NCBI GenBank assembly: GCA_038326615.1
Contig: JBBQKF010000002.1
Location: forward strand, 1,155 to 65,154
Direction of reading: 5' to 3'
DNA length: 64,000 nt
Source of the DNA: Saccharofermentanales bacterium
Lineage (GTDB): Bacteria > Bacillota > Clostridia > Saccharofermentanales > UBA5734
Below the pieces are notes generated by a model. That model had not been told where the DNA came from. It saw only the letters and a program-made list of their open reading frames with translations, and searched no databases. The position numbers and the translations under genes are program-made. This document shows, one piece after another, positions 18,791 through 28,404 of this stretch (positions are counted from its first letter, which is position 1; every line of letters begins with the position of its first letter).

Positions 18791-20842
18791 ATGAATGGGT
18801 TTATAGATGTAGGGGAAGATAATGAAAATGAAATTGTTTCTAAAGATAATAGGTTGGAAAACAATTTGAATAATAATATTGAAGCAAATGATTCCCAAAA
18901 AATTGATAAAGATGCAAAAATTGATAAAGATGCAAAAATTGATAAAGATGCCAGAATTGATGAATTCCCTAGCATTAATAAAATTGAGGTAATTCAAAAA
19001 TTTTCAAATAACGATTCAAGGAGTAATGGAATGATCGGAGAAATCCTTGGAAACAGATACAAGATTTTGGAGCTTCTAGGTAGGGGAGGAATGGCTGATG
19101 TATACCTTGCTAATGATACTAAGAATAATTCAGAAGTTGCTTTAAAAGTCTTAAAATCAGAACTTACAAATGATGAAGAATTCATTAGGCGATTTGACAC
19201 TGAGGCTAATGCTGCATCAAGTCTTAACTATCCTAACATTGTTAAAGTTCTTGATGTTGGACACGAAGATAAATTCCGATATATGGTTCTTGAATATGTT
19301 AATGGGATATCTTTGAAAGAACTAATACAGAAAAATGGTCTTCTAGAATGGGAAGTTGCTGTACCAATAGCTATACAAATTGGCCTTGCACTCGAAAATG
19401 CCCACAAAAATGGAATAATTCATAGGGATATTAAACCTCATAATATAATTGTCACTCCTGAACTTATTGCAAAAGTTACAGACTTTGGTATTGCAAGAGC
19501 TGCTTCTGCAAATACAGTAACTTTATCAGGTAAAAATGCTATGGGATCGGTCCATTATTTTTCTCCTGAACAGGCAAGAGGTGGAATCGTAGGAGAACAG
19601 TCTGATATTTATTCTTTAGGAATACTTATATACGAAATGCTTACGGGTAAAGTCCCGTTTGATGGTGATACATCAGTTTCTATAGCACTGAAGCATATAC
19701 AGCATAATCCAGTTCCGCCGATGGAAGTAAACAAAGATATTCCCGAGGGACTTAATAATATTGTTATGAAATGTATTCAGAAGTCTACAGGCACTAGATA
19801 CAAGAAAGTTCGGGAACTTGTTGACGATATGGATGGATTTATGGTTGATCCTACAGCACTTTACGGATTTATAGAAAAAACCGAAGATTACTCAAAAACG
19901 ACTGTTATCAAAGCTCTTGACAAAGAATCAAATTTTAAAAAGCTTCGTGATCTCGAGATAAACATTCAGCAAAAAAGCAAATTGAAAAAGCGCGAACGTG
20001 CTATTATTTTCATATCAATTATTCTAACAATTGGATTGCTTGCTGGCGGGATATATTACGCATATCAGTGGTTATCAACACAGCTTACTAGTGAGGAAGC
20101 AGATTATACTGTTGAAAACTATGTCGGAAGCAAGATAGAGGATGTAAAAAAGAAACTTGATAATGTTAAAATAGGATATGTAGTGAATTATGAACAAAAC
20201 GATACAGTTTCGCAAGGAATAGTCTTTTACCAGAGCATTTTACAGGGATTAACAATGAGACCGGGAGGCGCTTCGAGCATTATTCTCAAAATAAGTAGTG
20301 GTAAAAATACGGTCAGACTAGGGGATTATAAAGGCAAAAACTATAAACTTGTTATTAGCGAGATTACGCAGATTCTTGGTCTCAAAGTTAAAGTAGTCAA
20401 GCAACTCAGTGGCGAAGTGACTAAAGACAGCGTTATTGGAACATTACCAGGTGCCGGCAATGATGTGCCGAAAGGTAGTGAAATTTCTCTTATTGTTAGT
20501 GAGGGACTAGTGAATGTAAAAGTTCCAGACATTTTGGGAAAAACAAGAGCTGAAGCAGTAAAGTTGCTTGAAGAAAATTATCTCAAAGTTATATCCGAAG
20601 CATTATTAGGAAGTGATCCAAATTTACCTGAGGCTCAGCAATTTATAATTGGTGTTGATCCTGCTCCAGGAACGGAAGTAAAAGCCTTAACAGGAGTTAT
20701 TATTACCCTTGGTAGCCATGATGATTATCTAAATTCGAAACTGCCAGTTGTAACCCCCACTCCAACAATAGAACCTACGCCAGTTATTGTAGTGTCATCA
20801 TCATCAACGGGACAATCAAGTTCAGGAGCCAGCAATGGTTAA
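18791..20842 (+). CDS. pknB: Ser/Thr protein kinase with C-terminal PASTA repeats (PknB/PrkC type)
   Basis: GRGGMADVY...ALK, HRDIKPHN, DFG and SPEQ kinase motifs, one TM segment, then three PASTA-like repeats. ATG 18791 follows GGAGGA. A second strong start (AAGGAG-7 nt-ATG) at 19031 sits just before the kinase domain. Confidence 0.9.
   Translation: MNGFIDVGEDNENEIVSKDNRLENNLNNNIEANDSQKIDKDAKIDKDAKIDKDARIDEFPSINKIEVIQKFSNNDSRSNGMIGEILGNRYKILELLGRGGMADVYLANDTKNNSEVALKVLKSELTNDEEFIRRFDTEANAASSLNYPNIVKVLDVGHEDKFRYMVLEYVNGISLKELIQKNGLLEWEVAVPIAIQIGLALENAHKNGIIHRDIKPHNIIVTPELIAKVTDFGIARAASANTVTLSGKNAMGSVHYFSPEQARGGIVGEQSDIYSLGILIYEMLTGKVPFDGDTSVSIALKHIQHNPVPPMEVNKDIPEGLNNIVMKCIQKSTGTRYKKVRELVDDMDGFMVDPTALYGFIEKTEDYSKTTVIKALDKESNFKKLRDLEINIQQKSKLKKRERAIIFISIILTIGLLAGGIYYAYQWLSTQLTSEEADYTVENYVGSKIEDVKKKLDNVKIGYVVNYEQNDTVSQGIVFYQSILQGLTMRPGGASSIILKISSGKNTVRLGDYKGKNYKLVISEITQILGLKVKVVKQLSGEVTKDSVIGTLPGAGNDVPKGSEISLIVSEGLVNVKVPDILGKTRAEAVKLLEENYLKVISEALLGSDPNLPEAQQFIIGVDPAPGTEVKALTGVIITLGSHDDYLNSKLPVVTPTPTIEPTPVIVVSSSSTGQSSSGASNG
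18897..18962 (+). repeat. 21-bp tandem repeat x3 (KIDKDAK) in the pknB 5' extension
   Basis: AAAATTGATAAAGATGCAAAA x3; in frame. Confidence 0.9.
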
Positions 20843-21854
20843 TCAAGTTCAATTCACAACGAAAGTTAATCGAATTCCGGAGCCAATGAAGGCTAATTCA
20901 ATTAGCAATGTGAATAATGAAAACGGGTTAAATCTAAATTATGTAACTATAATTCAGGGCAGAATTCTTAAGGGTGTCGGAGGAAACTATCAGATTCTTT
21001 TAAGCGATGGAAGTCAGGTTACTGCTACACCAAGAGGAATTTTGCGAAGGCAGAAGATATCCCCATATCCAGGAGATATAGTAGACTTGTCTTCCGAAAG
21101 TGAAGAATCAGAGCAGTATTCAATTGATAATATTCACGAAAGAAAATCATTCCTTATACGTCCAGCAATTGCAAATATTGACCTTATGCTAATAACAGTT
21201 TCTGCATCATCGCCTAAACCTGATTGTTTTTTAATTGATAAGTTAATTATATTGTGTTATAAAGCTGGAATTTCGGTTGCACTTTGCATTACAAAGGCGG
21301 ATCTTGACCAACAGGATGCAATTGAACTTAAAGAAAAATATAAAGAAGTAGGCATTCCTATTTTTATATTAGGTGACTGTGAAGAAAACTCGCAAGAATT
21401 TGATGAAATGAAAAATATTATGCAAGGTAAAATTGTTTCCTTTGCTGGTCAGTCTGGTGTAGGGAAATCGACACTTCTAAACAAAATATTTGATAAACAA
21501 TGTATGGATATAGGAACTGTAAGCGAGAAGATTGGAAGAGGTAAACATACGACAAGGCACTCTGAAATATTTGTTTATGAATCAGGATTACTAGCAGATA
21601 CGCCAGGGTTTAGCTCGTTGGAACTGGAGGAGCTTGAAATAACAGGACCTGATGTACTTAAAGGATATCCTGAAATTGAAAAGTTTGAAAGCAAATGTAA
21701 ATTTGCAGACTGCAGGCATATAGGCGAAACTGGCTGTGCAATTGATGAATCAAAGATTAATCCTGAAAGGCTTATCAGATATAGGCAATACCGCAAAAAC
21801 ATGGATGAAATTCATCATTACGATTTAAAAAAGAAAAATAGATATGAAAAATAG
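20835..21854 (+). CDS. rsgA: ribosome small-subunit-dependent GTPase A
   Basis: Circularly permuted GTPase: TKADL then GQSGVGKST, DTPGF, and zinc knuckle CKFADCRHIGETGC. AGGAG RBS; start overlaps the pknB end. Confidence 0.88.
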   Translation: MVNQVQFTTKVNRIPEPMKANSISNVNNENGLNLNYVTIIQGRILKGVGGNYQILLSDGSQVTATPRGILRRQKISPYPGDIVDLSSESEESEQYSIDNIHERKSFLIRPAIANIDLMLITVSASSPKPDCFLIDKLIILCYKAGISVALCITKADLDQQDAIELKEKYKEVGIPIFILGDCEENSQEFDEMKNIMQGKIVSFAGQSGVGKSTLLNKIFDKQCMDIGTVSEKIGRGKHTTRHSEIFVYESGLLADTPGFSSLELEELEITGPDVLKGYPEIEKFESKCKFADCRHIGETGCAIDESKINPERLIRYRQYRKNMDEIHHYDLKKKNRYEK

Positions 21855-21927
21855 ATATGAAAAATAGATATGAAAGATAGACATGAAAGATAGATATGAA
21901 AGATAGATATGAAAGATAGATATGAAA
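21836..21927. repeat. 13-bp tandem repeat x7 starting in the last codons of rsgA
   Basis: AAATAGATATGAA / AGATAGATATGAA units. The rsgA TAG stop lies in unit 2. Confidence 0.95.
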
Positions 21928-22050
21928 AAAGAAGTTAAAAATGAAATTAAAAACATTATAGAAACTGCGAAATAGTAGAAATAATACCTGAAACATTAAA
22001 TATAAAACATAAATATTAATTACAAATATTAAATTCAAACATTCAATACA

Positions 22051-22097
22051 AACACGAGACATAAACACGAGACATAAACACGAGACATAAACACGAG
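22051..22097. repeat. 13-bp tandem repeat x ~3.5 upstream of rpe
   Basis: AACACGAGACATA units. Confidence 0.9.
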
Positions 22098-22244
22098 CAT
22101 TGAAATGGTGAAAAAAGTCGCGTAGGAAAGAAAAATCATAAATATTAAGTAATAAAAATAAGCAGGAAGACTTAGATATGAAACACGAAACACGAATTAT
22201 TTGATTATAAGAAATTGAATTAACGGTTGCGGAGGGTACAAGAA

Positions 22245-22937
22245 ATGATAGAAAAATATTCAGATTATTTAAACAAAAACGACAGGGATGTGATAATATG
22301 TCCGTCAATTCTATCGGCTGATTTTGCAAAATTAGGTGAAGATATTGATCTTGTTTCAAACGATGCAAACTGGATACACGTCGATGTTATGGATGGAATG
22401 TTTGTTCCAAATATAAGCTTTGGCATTCCTATTGTTAAGGCAATACGACCATACACGACTCTTCCACTTGATGTTCATTTAATGATAGAAGATCCAACAA
22501 GATATGTTGAAGACTTTGCTAAAGCAGGTGCGAATTTGATTGTCGTTCATGCAGAAGCATGTAAGCATTTACATAGAGCTGTTCAATATACAAGAAATTT
22601 CGGCGTAAATGTAGGAGTTGCAATAAATCCAGGGACATCGCTTAGCGTACTAGATGAAATTCTTCCATTTGTAGATATGATTCTTCTAATGACTGTAAAT
22701 CCGGGTTTTGGCGGGCAAACTTATATTGAAACTATGACTGATAAAATTTCTAAATTGCGTAAAATTATGAATGATCGCAACATATTTGCACATATACAAG
22801 TTGATGGCGGCATTGGAAAAGCAAATATCAAAAAAGTATATGATGCTGGTGCAAATGCCGTTGTTGTCGGAAACGCAGTTTATGGAACAAATGATCCTGT
22901 CGGTGCGATTAAGGAGCTAAGAAAATGCTTGGCATAA
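22245..22937 (+). CDS. rpe: ribulose-phosphate 3-epimerase
   Basis: PSILSADF, HVDVMDG, MTVNPGFGGQ and VDGG motifs. ATG 22245 follows GGAGGG; the track start TTG 22227 overlaps the RBS. Confidence 0.93.
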   Translation: MIEKYSDYLNKNDRDVIICPSILSADFAKLGEDIDLVSNDANWIHVDVMDGMFVPNISFGIPIVKAIRPYTTLPLDVHLMIEDPTRYVEDFAKAGANLIVVHAEACKHLHRAVQYTRNFGVNVGVAINPGTSLSVLDEILPFVDMILLMTVNPGFGGQTYIETMTDKISKLRKIMNDRNIFAHIQVDGGIGKANIKKVYDAGANAVVVGNAVYGTNDPVGAIKELRKCLA

Positions 22938-23776
22938 TAAGCTTAGGCGGAATTTGCATTGATACTTTAAGATTGCGTAAAATAATTCCAGAATCTTATT
23001 TTGCTGTGGCTGCAGATAGTGGCATGGCGCATTTTAGAATGCTTGGAATACAACCGGATATTCTAGCAGGAGATTTTGATTCAATCGAACCTCAATTACT
23101 TGAAGAATGTATCAAAGAAAATATTAAAATTATTAAAGTTGATAAGCGAAAGAATTTCACAGATTCTGAGCTCGCTGTTGATACAGCTGTTGCAAGTGGA
23201 TGCGATTCGCTTTTGTTTCTTGGCGCATTCGGAAACCGTCTAGATCACATGCTATCAAATCAGATGATGGCGGCATCGCTTGCATCAAAAGGAATAAATG
23301 TGATTCTTACCGACGGAAAATCTTTCTTTTTTACAGTTACTAGTCAAAATTCTCCTCTTTGCTATCCTTTATCAGGTCTTGTTTCTGAAGAAGATATTTT
23401 TTCTATTATTCCAATATCAGGAGAATTTGTTAAGGTTACTATTGAAGGTCTTGATTACCCACTTGAAAAAGAAATCATTATGTTTGGTTCGACAAGAGCA
23501 GTGAGCAATACCGTTCCAAAAAAGGCTGCAAAAATAGAATCTGAAAAATACAATAATGCAAGTTCGACTACTAACATTAATACTAATTTTAATCTTAATA
23601 CTGCTACTACTAATAGTATTGGTGCTATTACAACAACTATTAATACAAACAGTAATGAAGTAATTACAACTACTATTAATACTAAAGGTAATAATAATGA
23701 TGATTTTGCGAAAATTACTGTCGAAACTGGTGTTGTATTTTTTATTCATACAAAATCAGATGAGTTTTTGAAATAA
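22925..23776 (+). CDS. thiN: thiamine pyrophosphokinase with low-complexity C-terminal insertion
   Basis: AADSG...LAGDFDS...DKRKNFTDSELA...GNRLDH pattern of TPK. Position after rpe matches B. subtilis yloS. T/N-rich insert at about 23540-23720. Confidence 0.8.
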   Translation: MLGIISLGGICIDTLRLRKIIPESYFAVAADSGMAHFRMLGIQPDILAGDFDSIEPQLLEECIKENIKIIKVDKRKNFTDSELAVDTAVASGCDSLLFLGAFGNRLDHMLSNQMMAASLASKGINVILTDGKSFFFTVTSQNSPLCYPLSGLVSEEDIFSIIPISGEFVKVTIEGLDYPLEKEIIMFGSTRAVSNTVPKKAAKIESEKYNNASSTTNINTNFNLNTATTNSIGAITTTINTNSNEVITTTINTKGNNNDDFAKITVETGVVFFIHTKSDEFLK

Positions 23777-23864
23777 TATGCTTTCGACGATTACCAATCT
23801 CTTATAATTATTTTTAATTTTATTTTGGGTTAAACAGTATAATAAAAACGAAGGTAGGAATTGT

Positions 23865-24614
23865 ATGGTGAATAATTCTAATACTCATAGTAGACGAAAA
23901 GACGATAATAAAAATGAAATAATAGAGAAGATTGAAAAGATTAGAAAAGATAAAATAATTGACGAGTCTTTTGGTGAAGAAGAGACATTTGGAGAAGAGA
24001 TTGGTAATACAATAACCCATGGTATAATGGCAATAGTGACACTGATACTTACCCCATATGCCGCAATCAGGGCTTATATAACAGGAAAAGAATTTGCCTT
24101 AATTGACGCAGTTGGTGTTTCTATATTTTGCATATGCATATTCTTTATGTTTGCAACATCAGCCTCATACCACTCGATGATACATAAAACAAAGCACAAG
24201 GTTATTTATAACAAACTTGACCATATTGCAATTTTCTTTGCAATTGCAGGAACATATACACCAATTGCATTATCTGTAATCGGTGGAAGTCAGGGGATTA
24301 CTTTAATAGCAATTCAATGGACAATGGTTTTAGCTGGAATCCTTGTTAAAACGCTCCTTTGGAGAAAATCGCGTTTGCTATCAGTGCCAGTATATCTGAT
24401 AATGGGATGGTCAGTCGTATTATTCTTTTCAACTTTTATGCATGGAGCAACACCATTGTTATTTTGGATGGTTATAACCGGGGGCATTTGTTACTCGTTA
24501 GGATGCATATTTTATGCTTGTAATTTCAAATTTTCACATATGATATTTCATTTTTTCATAAATGCAGGAGCCGCGTGTCACTTTGTTGGGATTGTTTTTG
24601 CACTAAGAAAGTAA
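23865..24614 (+). CDS. hemolysin III / PAQR-family membrane protein
   Basis: Seven predicted TM segments with EEIGNTITHG, SASYH and LDH(I)AIF motifs typical of YplQ/HlyIII. About 45-aa basic N-terminal extension. Confidence 0.8.
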   Translation: MVNNSNTHSRRKDDNKNEIIEKIEKIRKDKIIDESFGEEETFGEEIGNTITHGIMAIVTLILTPYAAIRAYITGKEFALIDAVGVSIFCICIFFMFATSASYHSMIHKTKHKVIYNKLDHIAIFFAIAGTYTPIALSVIGGSQGITLIAIQWTMVLAGILVKTLLWRKSRLLSVPVYLIMGWSVVLFFSTFMHGATPLLFWMVITGGICYSLGCIFYACNFKFSHMIFHFFINAGAACHFVGIVFALRK

Positions 24615-24633
24615 AATTATTAATATTGATGTA

Positions 24634-24677
24634 AAAAACCACTTGAAAGCAAATTGATTGCAATCAGGTGGTTTTTG
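24634..24677. terminator. bidirectional rho-independent terminator between hlyIII and the convergent LiaF-like gene
   Basis: AAAAACCACTTGA...TCAGGTGGTTTTT: a stem with one G-T pair, flanked by an A-run and a T-run. Confidence 0.6.
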
Positions 24678-24899
24678 GCTATAATTGTAATTGGATGAAA
24701 ATAGAAATAAGCTTTCTTATTGACCCAGATAATTATCATGTTTAAAGTGAAGATCATCGAGAATAACATCTTGTAAATCTGTGAAGCTTATATATTTTTT
24801 ACCGAATCAAATTGGTATATAGAATTGCGATTTGCTAATTATTATTCATGAAGATACGATAACTTTATATTGTTAAATAACAAAGGTGATATTCTGGGA

Positions 24900-25595
24900 T
24901 TACTTGATTTCAGTTCCGCCGAATATTGATGTACATTGAAAAACAATTTTGAATGCTTGAGGGTCTGCGGATGAGATTGCGGTATTTTCATTTCCACCAA
25001 AAATTGGGAATCCGTGCAATTCAACTCTTGCATTTTTGGGGGCAATGATTTCTGTGCCGGCAAATATAGTGGTTACATTAAATTCAACATCCTTTGAAAG
25101 AATAACATCACTAAGGTCGATTTCATTTCCACCAAAAATTGCTGTCGCATTTCCGCCTTGAAAATTAATGGAATTGTTTTTGACAGTATTTCCACTAAAA
25201 ACTGCAAGGTAACTTGGGAAATCTTCTGAACTTGTAACAGCCTTACCAGTAAAAACAGAATTTGTCTTTACTGGCTTCTTAATTATTGCCTTAGACAGAA
25301 TTGCAAGTCCGATAATAATAAGTACAGCAGGAGCAGCAAACTGATAAACCAAGCCATCCTTTATCACGTTTTGTTGATCAAGAAGTAATAAAATCCCAAT
25401 TCCCATAACAATCGAATTACCGATTTTGATTCCAGTTTGCACCATACTAACAAATGCAGGTATAATCAAAAAAAGAGTCCACCATCCAGTGAAAAATATC
25501 TTATAGTCCCACAAATCAAAAATGTTTCCAATTAGACCTACTCCTACAAAAATAAAGAGCAATCCCCATAAAATATTGCTAAGATTCCTTCTCAT
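24900..25595 (-). CDS. LiaF/YvqF-like cell-wall-stress membrane protein
   Basis: Four N-terminal TM segments, then a repetitive beta-rich C-domain (AIFGGNEIDLS...TIFAGTEIIAP...PIFGGNEN) resembling the LiaF C-terminal domain. Assignment is from pattern memory only. Confidence 0.5.
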   Translation of the reverse strand: MRRNLSNILWGLLFIFVGVGLIGNIFDLWDYKIFFTGWWTLFLIIPAFVSMVQTGIKIGNSIVMGIGILLLLDQQNVIKDGLVYQFAAPAVLIIIGLAILSKAIIKKPVKTNSVFTGKAVTSSEDFPSYLAVFSGNTVKNNSINFQGGNATAIFGGNEIDLSDVILSKDVEFNVTTIFAGTEIIAPKNARVELHGFPIFGGNENTAISSADPQAFKIVFQCTSIFGGTEIK

Positions 25596-25911
25596 AAATT
25601 TCCTCCTTGATTTATATTGTTAAAAATGGTTATTATTAGTTTGATAAAACCTACATCACTAGTATATATCAATAAACCAGTTGAATCAACTATTCCTGCA
25701 TAATTGATTAAGTTAAATTGAGTTCTTGATTTCGTAATTTGTGTTTAATTGATTATTATTATCTTAAAAATTTATGAAGGAGATTAGGAATTATAGAAGA
25801 CATGTAGAGGTAAATAGTGATGGAAGAATTCAGGAGAAATTAAACTCCCGGTTATTTAAATAAAGTAAAATAATCAAATGCAATTACATATTCTTACTTA
25901 ATCTTGATAAA

Positions 25912-27048
25912 TTATTTGCCAGGTTTTTCCACTAAGTATTTCCAATAACGTTTTGGCATATTGCCACTTTGAAGCTTAGGATTAATACGTTCAGGAATTG
26001 CGAGAACTTTAAAATACTTTTGCCATATTGATTCAAATTCGTTATCAAAAATAAGAGATATTTCGAGCTCTGGGTCATATGGAACAAGATCCCAATTTTC
26101 GCCCGGAAAATGCATAACGCATATTTTGCGTTTCTTATCAAGAATAATAAAAAACTGATTGGGGAACCGGTCGACGAAATGTTCTGCAATCAAAGGCAAT
26201 GAACAAGTAATGGGTTCGCATTCCGCGATAAATATCTCGCTTACAGAAGAAATTGGACTTGTGTACACACTACATTTAGGCTCGTTCAAAATTTTAAGTG
26301 GCAAATCAGAATTTATATCTTTACTCAAATCATCTAACATAATGTTTAGTATACTTCCATGATGTGTTATAGACAAATCGGAATAAATAACTTTACTCAA
26401 ATCAGCTGACCTATTGTTTTGTTTATTTTCATGATGTGTTTTCGACAATTCGGAACTAATTTCTAAACTCAAATCATTGGACCTACTGTTTTGTTTATTT
26501 TCATCATGATTTTTTGATAATTCAGAACTTATATTTGCTCGTGACAATCCAGAACTAATTTCCTTGCTCAAATCATAGATGTTGTCCTCGATATAATCGC
26601 TATGTTTTAAAGATTTCTTGCGAAATCTTAATAAGCCTAAATAGTGATGAGATTCTCGAGTAACTTTCTTTGCTGCTCCAACAACTTTCTTGACACAATC
26701 AGTATATAGCTGGTCTGCAGGATCTTTTCTTTGCTTGCGGGCCAGTAAGATATAGTCAAAGATAGCATTTTCAATTCCTTCAATCTCAGAAAGATATGCA
26801 TGGTATATTGTTTTAGTCATTAATTCTCCGAAATTGTGGTTTATATACTCTCCAAAATCATTAACAATATCGGGAATATTTGATACCGTGTAACAGTCCA
26901 GCAAAGGTATGCAGGAATTTTCGCGGACAATGCCATAAAATGGTTTAGCAGTTTTCAATCCGCACTGTACGACTCTATCATCTCGCATAATAATTGTCAC
27001 TGCTGAAAGAAATCCTTCAAATGTTCTGTCATACACGTAAAACATCAA
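25912..27048 (-). CDS. DUF4130 / TIGR03915-type putative DNA metabolism protein (no uracil-DNA-glycosylase domain), with internal 75-bp repeats
   Basis: N-terminus MFYVYDRTFEGFLSAV and C-terminus WQKYFKVLAIPERINPKLQSGNMPKRYWKYLVE match the family that is always paired with the radical-SAM gene upstream. Start overlaps that gene by 20 nt. Confidence 0.75.
   Translation of the reverse strand: MMFYVYDRTFEGFLSAVTIIMRDDRVVQCGLKTAKPFYGIVRENSCIPLLDCYTVSNIPDIVNDFGEYINHNFGELMTKTIYHAYLSEIEGIENAIFDYILLARKQRKDPADQLYTDCVKKVVGAAKKVTRESHHYLGLLRFRKKSLKHSDYIEDNIYDLSKEISSGLSRANISSELSKNHDENKQNSRSNDLSLEISSELSKTHHENKQNNRSADLSKVIYSDLSITHHGSILNIMLDDLSKDINSDLPLKILNEPKCSVYTSPISSVSEIFIAECEPITCSLPLIAEHFVDRFPNQFFIILDKKRKICVMHFPGENWDLVPYDPELEISLIFDNEFESIWQKYFKVLAIPERINPKLQSGNMPKRYWKYLVEKPGK
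26380..26560 (-). repeat. ~75-bp tandem repeat (~2.5 units) inside the DUF4130 gene
   Basis: Protein repeats SSELSKNHDENKQNSRSNDLSLEI / SSELSKTHHENKQNNRSADLSKVIY / SDLSITHH...; DNA period about 75. Confidence 0.85.
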
Positions 27049-28324
27049 GGTCCTCCAATCTCATCTGTAATGGAGAAATCATTCTCTTGCCCTGGTTATC
27101 AATCATTGCGTTATGAATTTCTGCTGCATTAAGTTGTAATGGTGCTCCATATTTGCCATTGCATGTTATGAAGTAAACCGCTCTTTTCATTACAATTCCG
27201 ATTTTCTTAGCATCTTCAAGGTTCAGCCCTTGCGTTCTTCTTGCTGCAATTATTCTTCTTGCCGACAAAACACCTATTCCAGGAACTCGAAGCAATGTTT
27301 CATAATCGGCGCGATTAATCTCAACTGGAAAAAGATCAAGATGCTGCATTGCCCATCCACATTTCGGATCCATTTGCAGACTTAAATCCGGATTTTCTTT
27401 AGTTACAAGCTCTCTGGCATCAAAATGGTAAAATCTCAAAAGCCAGTCAGCCTGGTATAACCTGTGCTCACGAAGAAGCGGGGGAGCACTTGTAACAGCA
27501 GGAAGGTTAGGGTGAGTGTTGACGGGAATATATGCAGAATAATAGACGCGTTTCATTTCGTATTGTTTATATAAATTCTCAGATAATGTAAGAATATGGT
27601 AATCTCTCTCGTTTACGGCGCCAATAATCATCTGGGTGCTTTGGCCGGCGGGGACAAATTCTGGCGCTTTAAGAAAATTTTTCCTAAAATCCATTAGTTC
27701 TGTCTTCTTATCATGAATGAATGCCATCGGTGCAACAATGTCCTGAGGTTTCTTATCCGGAGCAAGAAGGGAAAGCGCTTTCGATGAACAAAATTCGACA
27801 TTTACACTTAGTCTGTCTACCAATTGTCCCAAAATTAATATTGATTCCTGCGAAGCTCCTGGAATTGTCTTGACATGTATATAACCACCAAAGAAAAATT
27901 CATTGCGTAAAATGGAAATTGTCTCAATAAGAAGCTGCATTGTGTGATCAGGGGATTTAACAACACCTGAGCTTAAAAACAATCCTTCAATATAGTTGCG
28001 TTTGTAAAATTCAATTGTCAGACTTGCGAGCTCCCTCGGTGTAAAAGCAGCCTTCGGATTGTCGTTATCTCTTCTGTTCATGCAATAAGAACAGTTGTAT
28101 TCGCAGTGATTGGTTAAAAGGACCTTAAGCAACGAAACGCATCGTCCGTCATCAGTCCATGAATGGCATATTCCTCCTGTTGAAGTATTACCTAAAATTG
28201 CAGATGCACTGCTTCCTCCTTTTGAGGAAGCTTGTCTTGTAGTTCTCGCAGAGCCGCTTGAAGAGCAGGAAACATCATACTTTGCGGCTTCTCCTAATAT
28301 TGCAAGTTTCTCTGATACATTCAA
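27029..28324 (-). CDS. putative DNA modification/repair radical SAM protein (TIGR03916 type)
   Basis: AAKYDVSC N-terminus, CEYNCSYC (Cx3Cx2C), and C-terminal helix-hairpin-helix LRVPGIGVLSARRI. TTG 28324 lies 7 nt after GGAGGGG. The track start 28393 is actually the -35 hexamer of the promoter. Confidence 0.85.
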   Translation of the reverse strand: MNVSEKLAILGEAAKYDVSCSSSGSARTTRQASSKGGSSASAILGNTSTGGICHSWTDDGRCVSLLKVLLTNHCEYNCSYCMNRRDNDNPKAAFTPRELASLTIEFYKRNYIEGLFLSSGVVKSPDHTMQLLIETISILRNEFFFGGYIHVKTIPGASQESILILGQLVDRLSVNVEFCSSKALSLLAPDKKPQDIVAPMAFIHDKKTELMDFRKNFLKAPEFVPAGQSTQMIIGAVNERDYHILTLSENLYKQYEMKRVYYSAYIPVNTHPNLPAVTSAPPLLREHRLYQADWLLRFYHFDARELVTKENPDLSLQMDPKCGWAMQHLDLFPVEINRADYETLLRVPGIGVLSARRIIAARRTQGLNLEDAKKIGIVMKRAVYFITCNGKYGAPLQLNAAEIHNAMIDNQGKRMISPLQMRLEDLDVLRV

Positions 28325-28364
28325 GCGAAATCCCCTCCAGTTCTTAAATTGTTTACCTATGTTA

Positions 28365-28393
28365 ATTGTAATCGATTTATTAGATAATGTCAA
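28365..28393 (-). promoter_or_regulatory. near-consensus sigma-A promoter of the radical-SAM/DUF4130 operon
   Basis: The minus strand reads TTGACA (28393-28388), 17-nt spacer, TACAAT (28370-28365). It lies about 40 nt upstream of the GGAGGGG RBS. Confidence 0.7.
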
Positions 28394-28404
28394 ACAAATG
28401 TTCG
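28391..28404 (-). promoter_or_regulatory. candidate LexA (Cheo-type SOS) box
   Basis: The minus strand reads CGAACATTTGTTTG, i.e. GAAC-N4-GTTT versus the Gram-positive consensus CGAACATATGTTCG (12/14). It overlaps the -35 hexamer of the radical-SAM operon promoter. Confidence 0.55.

Noticed and set aside
21775-22368. 197-aa minus-strand ORF spanning the rsgA-rpe spacer
   Set aside because: It is a translation of the 13-bp tandem repeats plus the antisense of the rpe start. No RBS and a repetitive product.
28325-28393. ORF-track N-terminal extension of the radical-SAM gene (start TTG 28393)
   Set aside because: That TTG is part of a TTGACA -35 hexamer with a TACAAT -10 box 17 nt downstream. 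Family homology starts at the TTG 28324 behind a GGAGGGG RBS.
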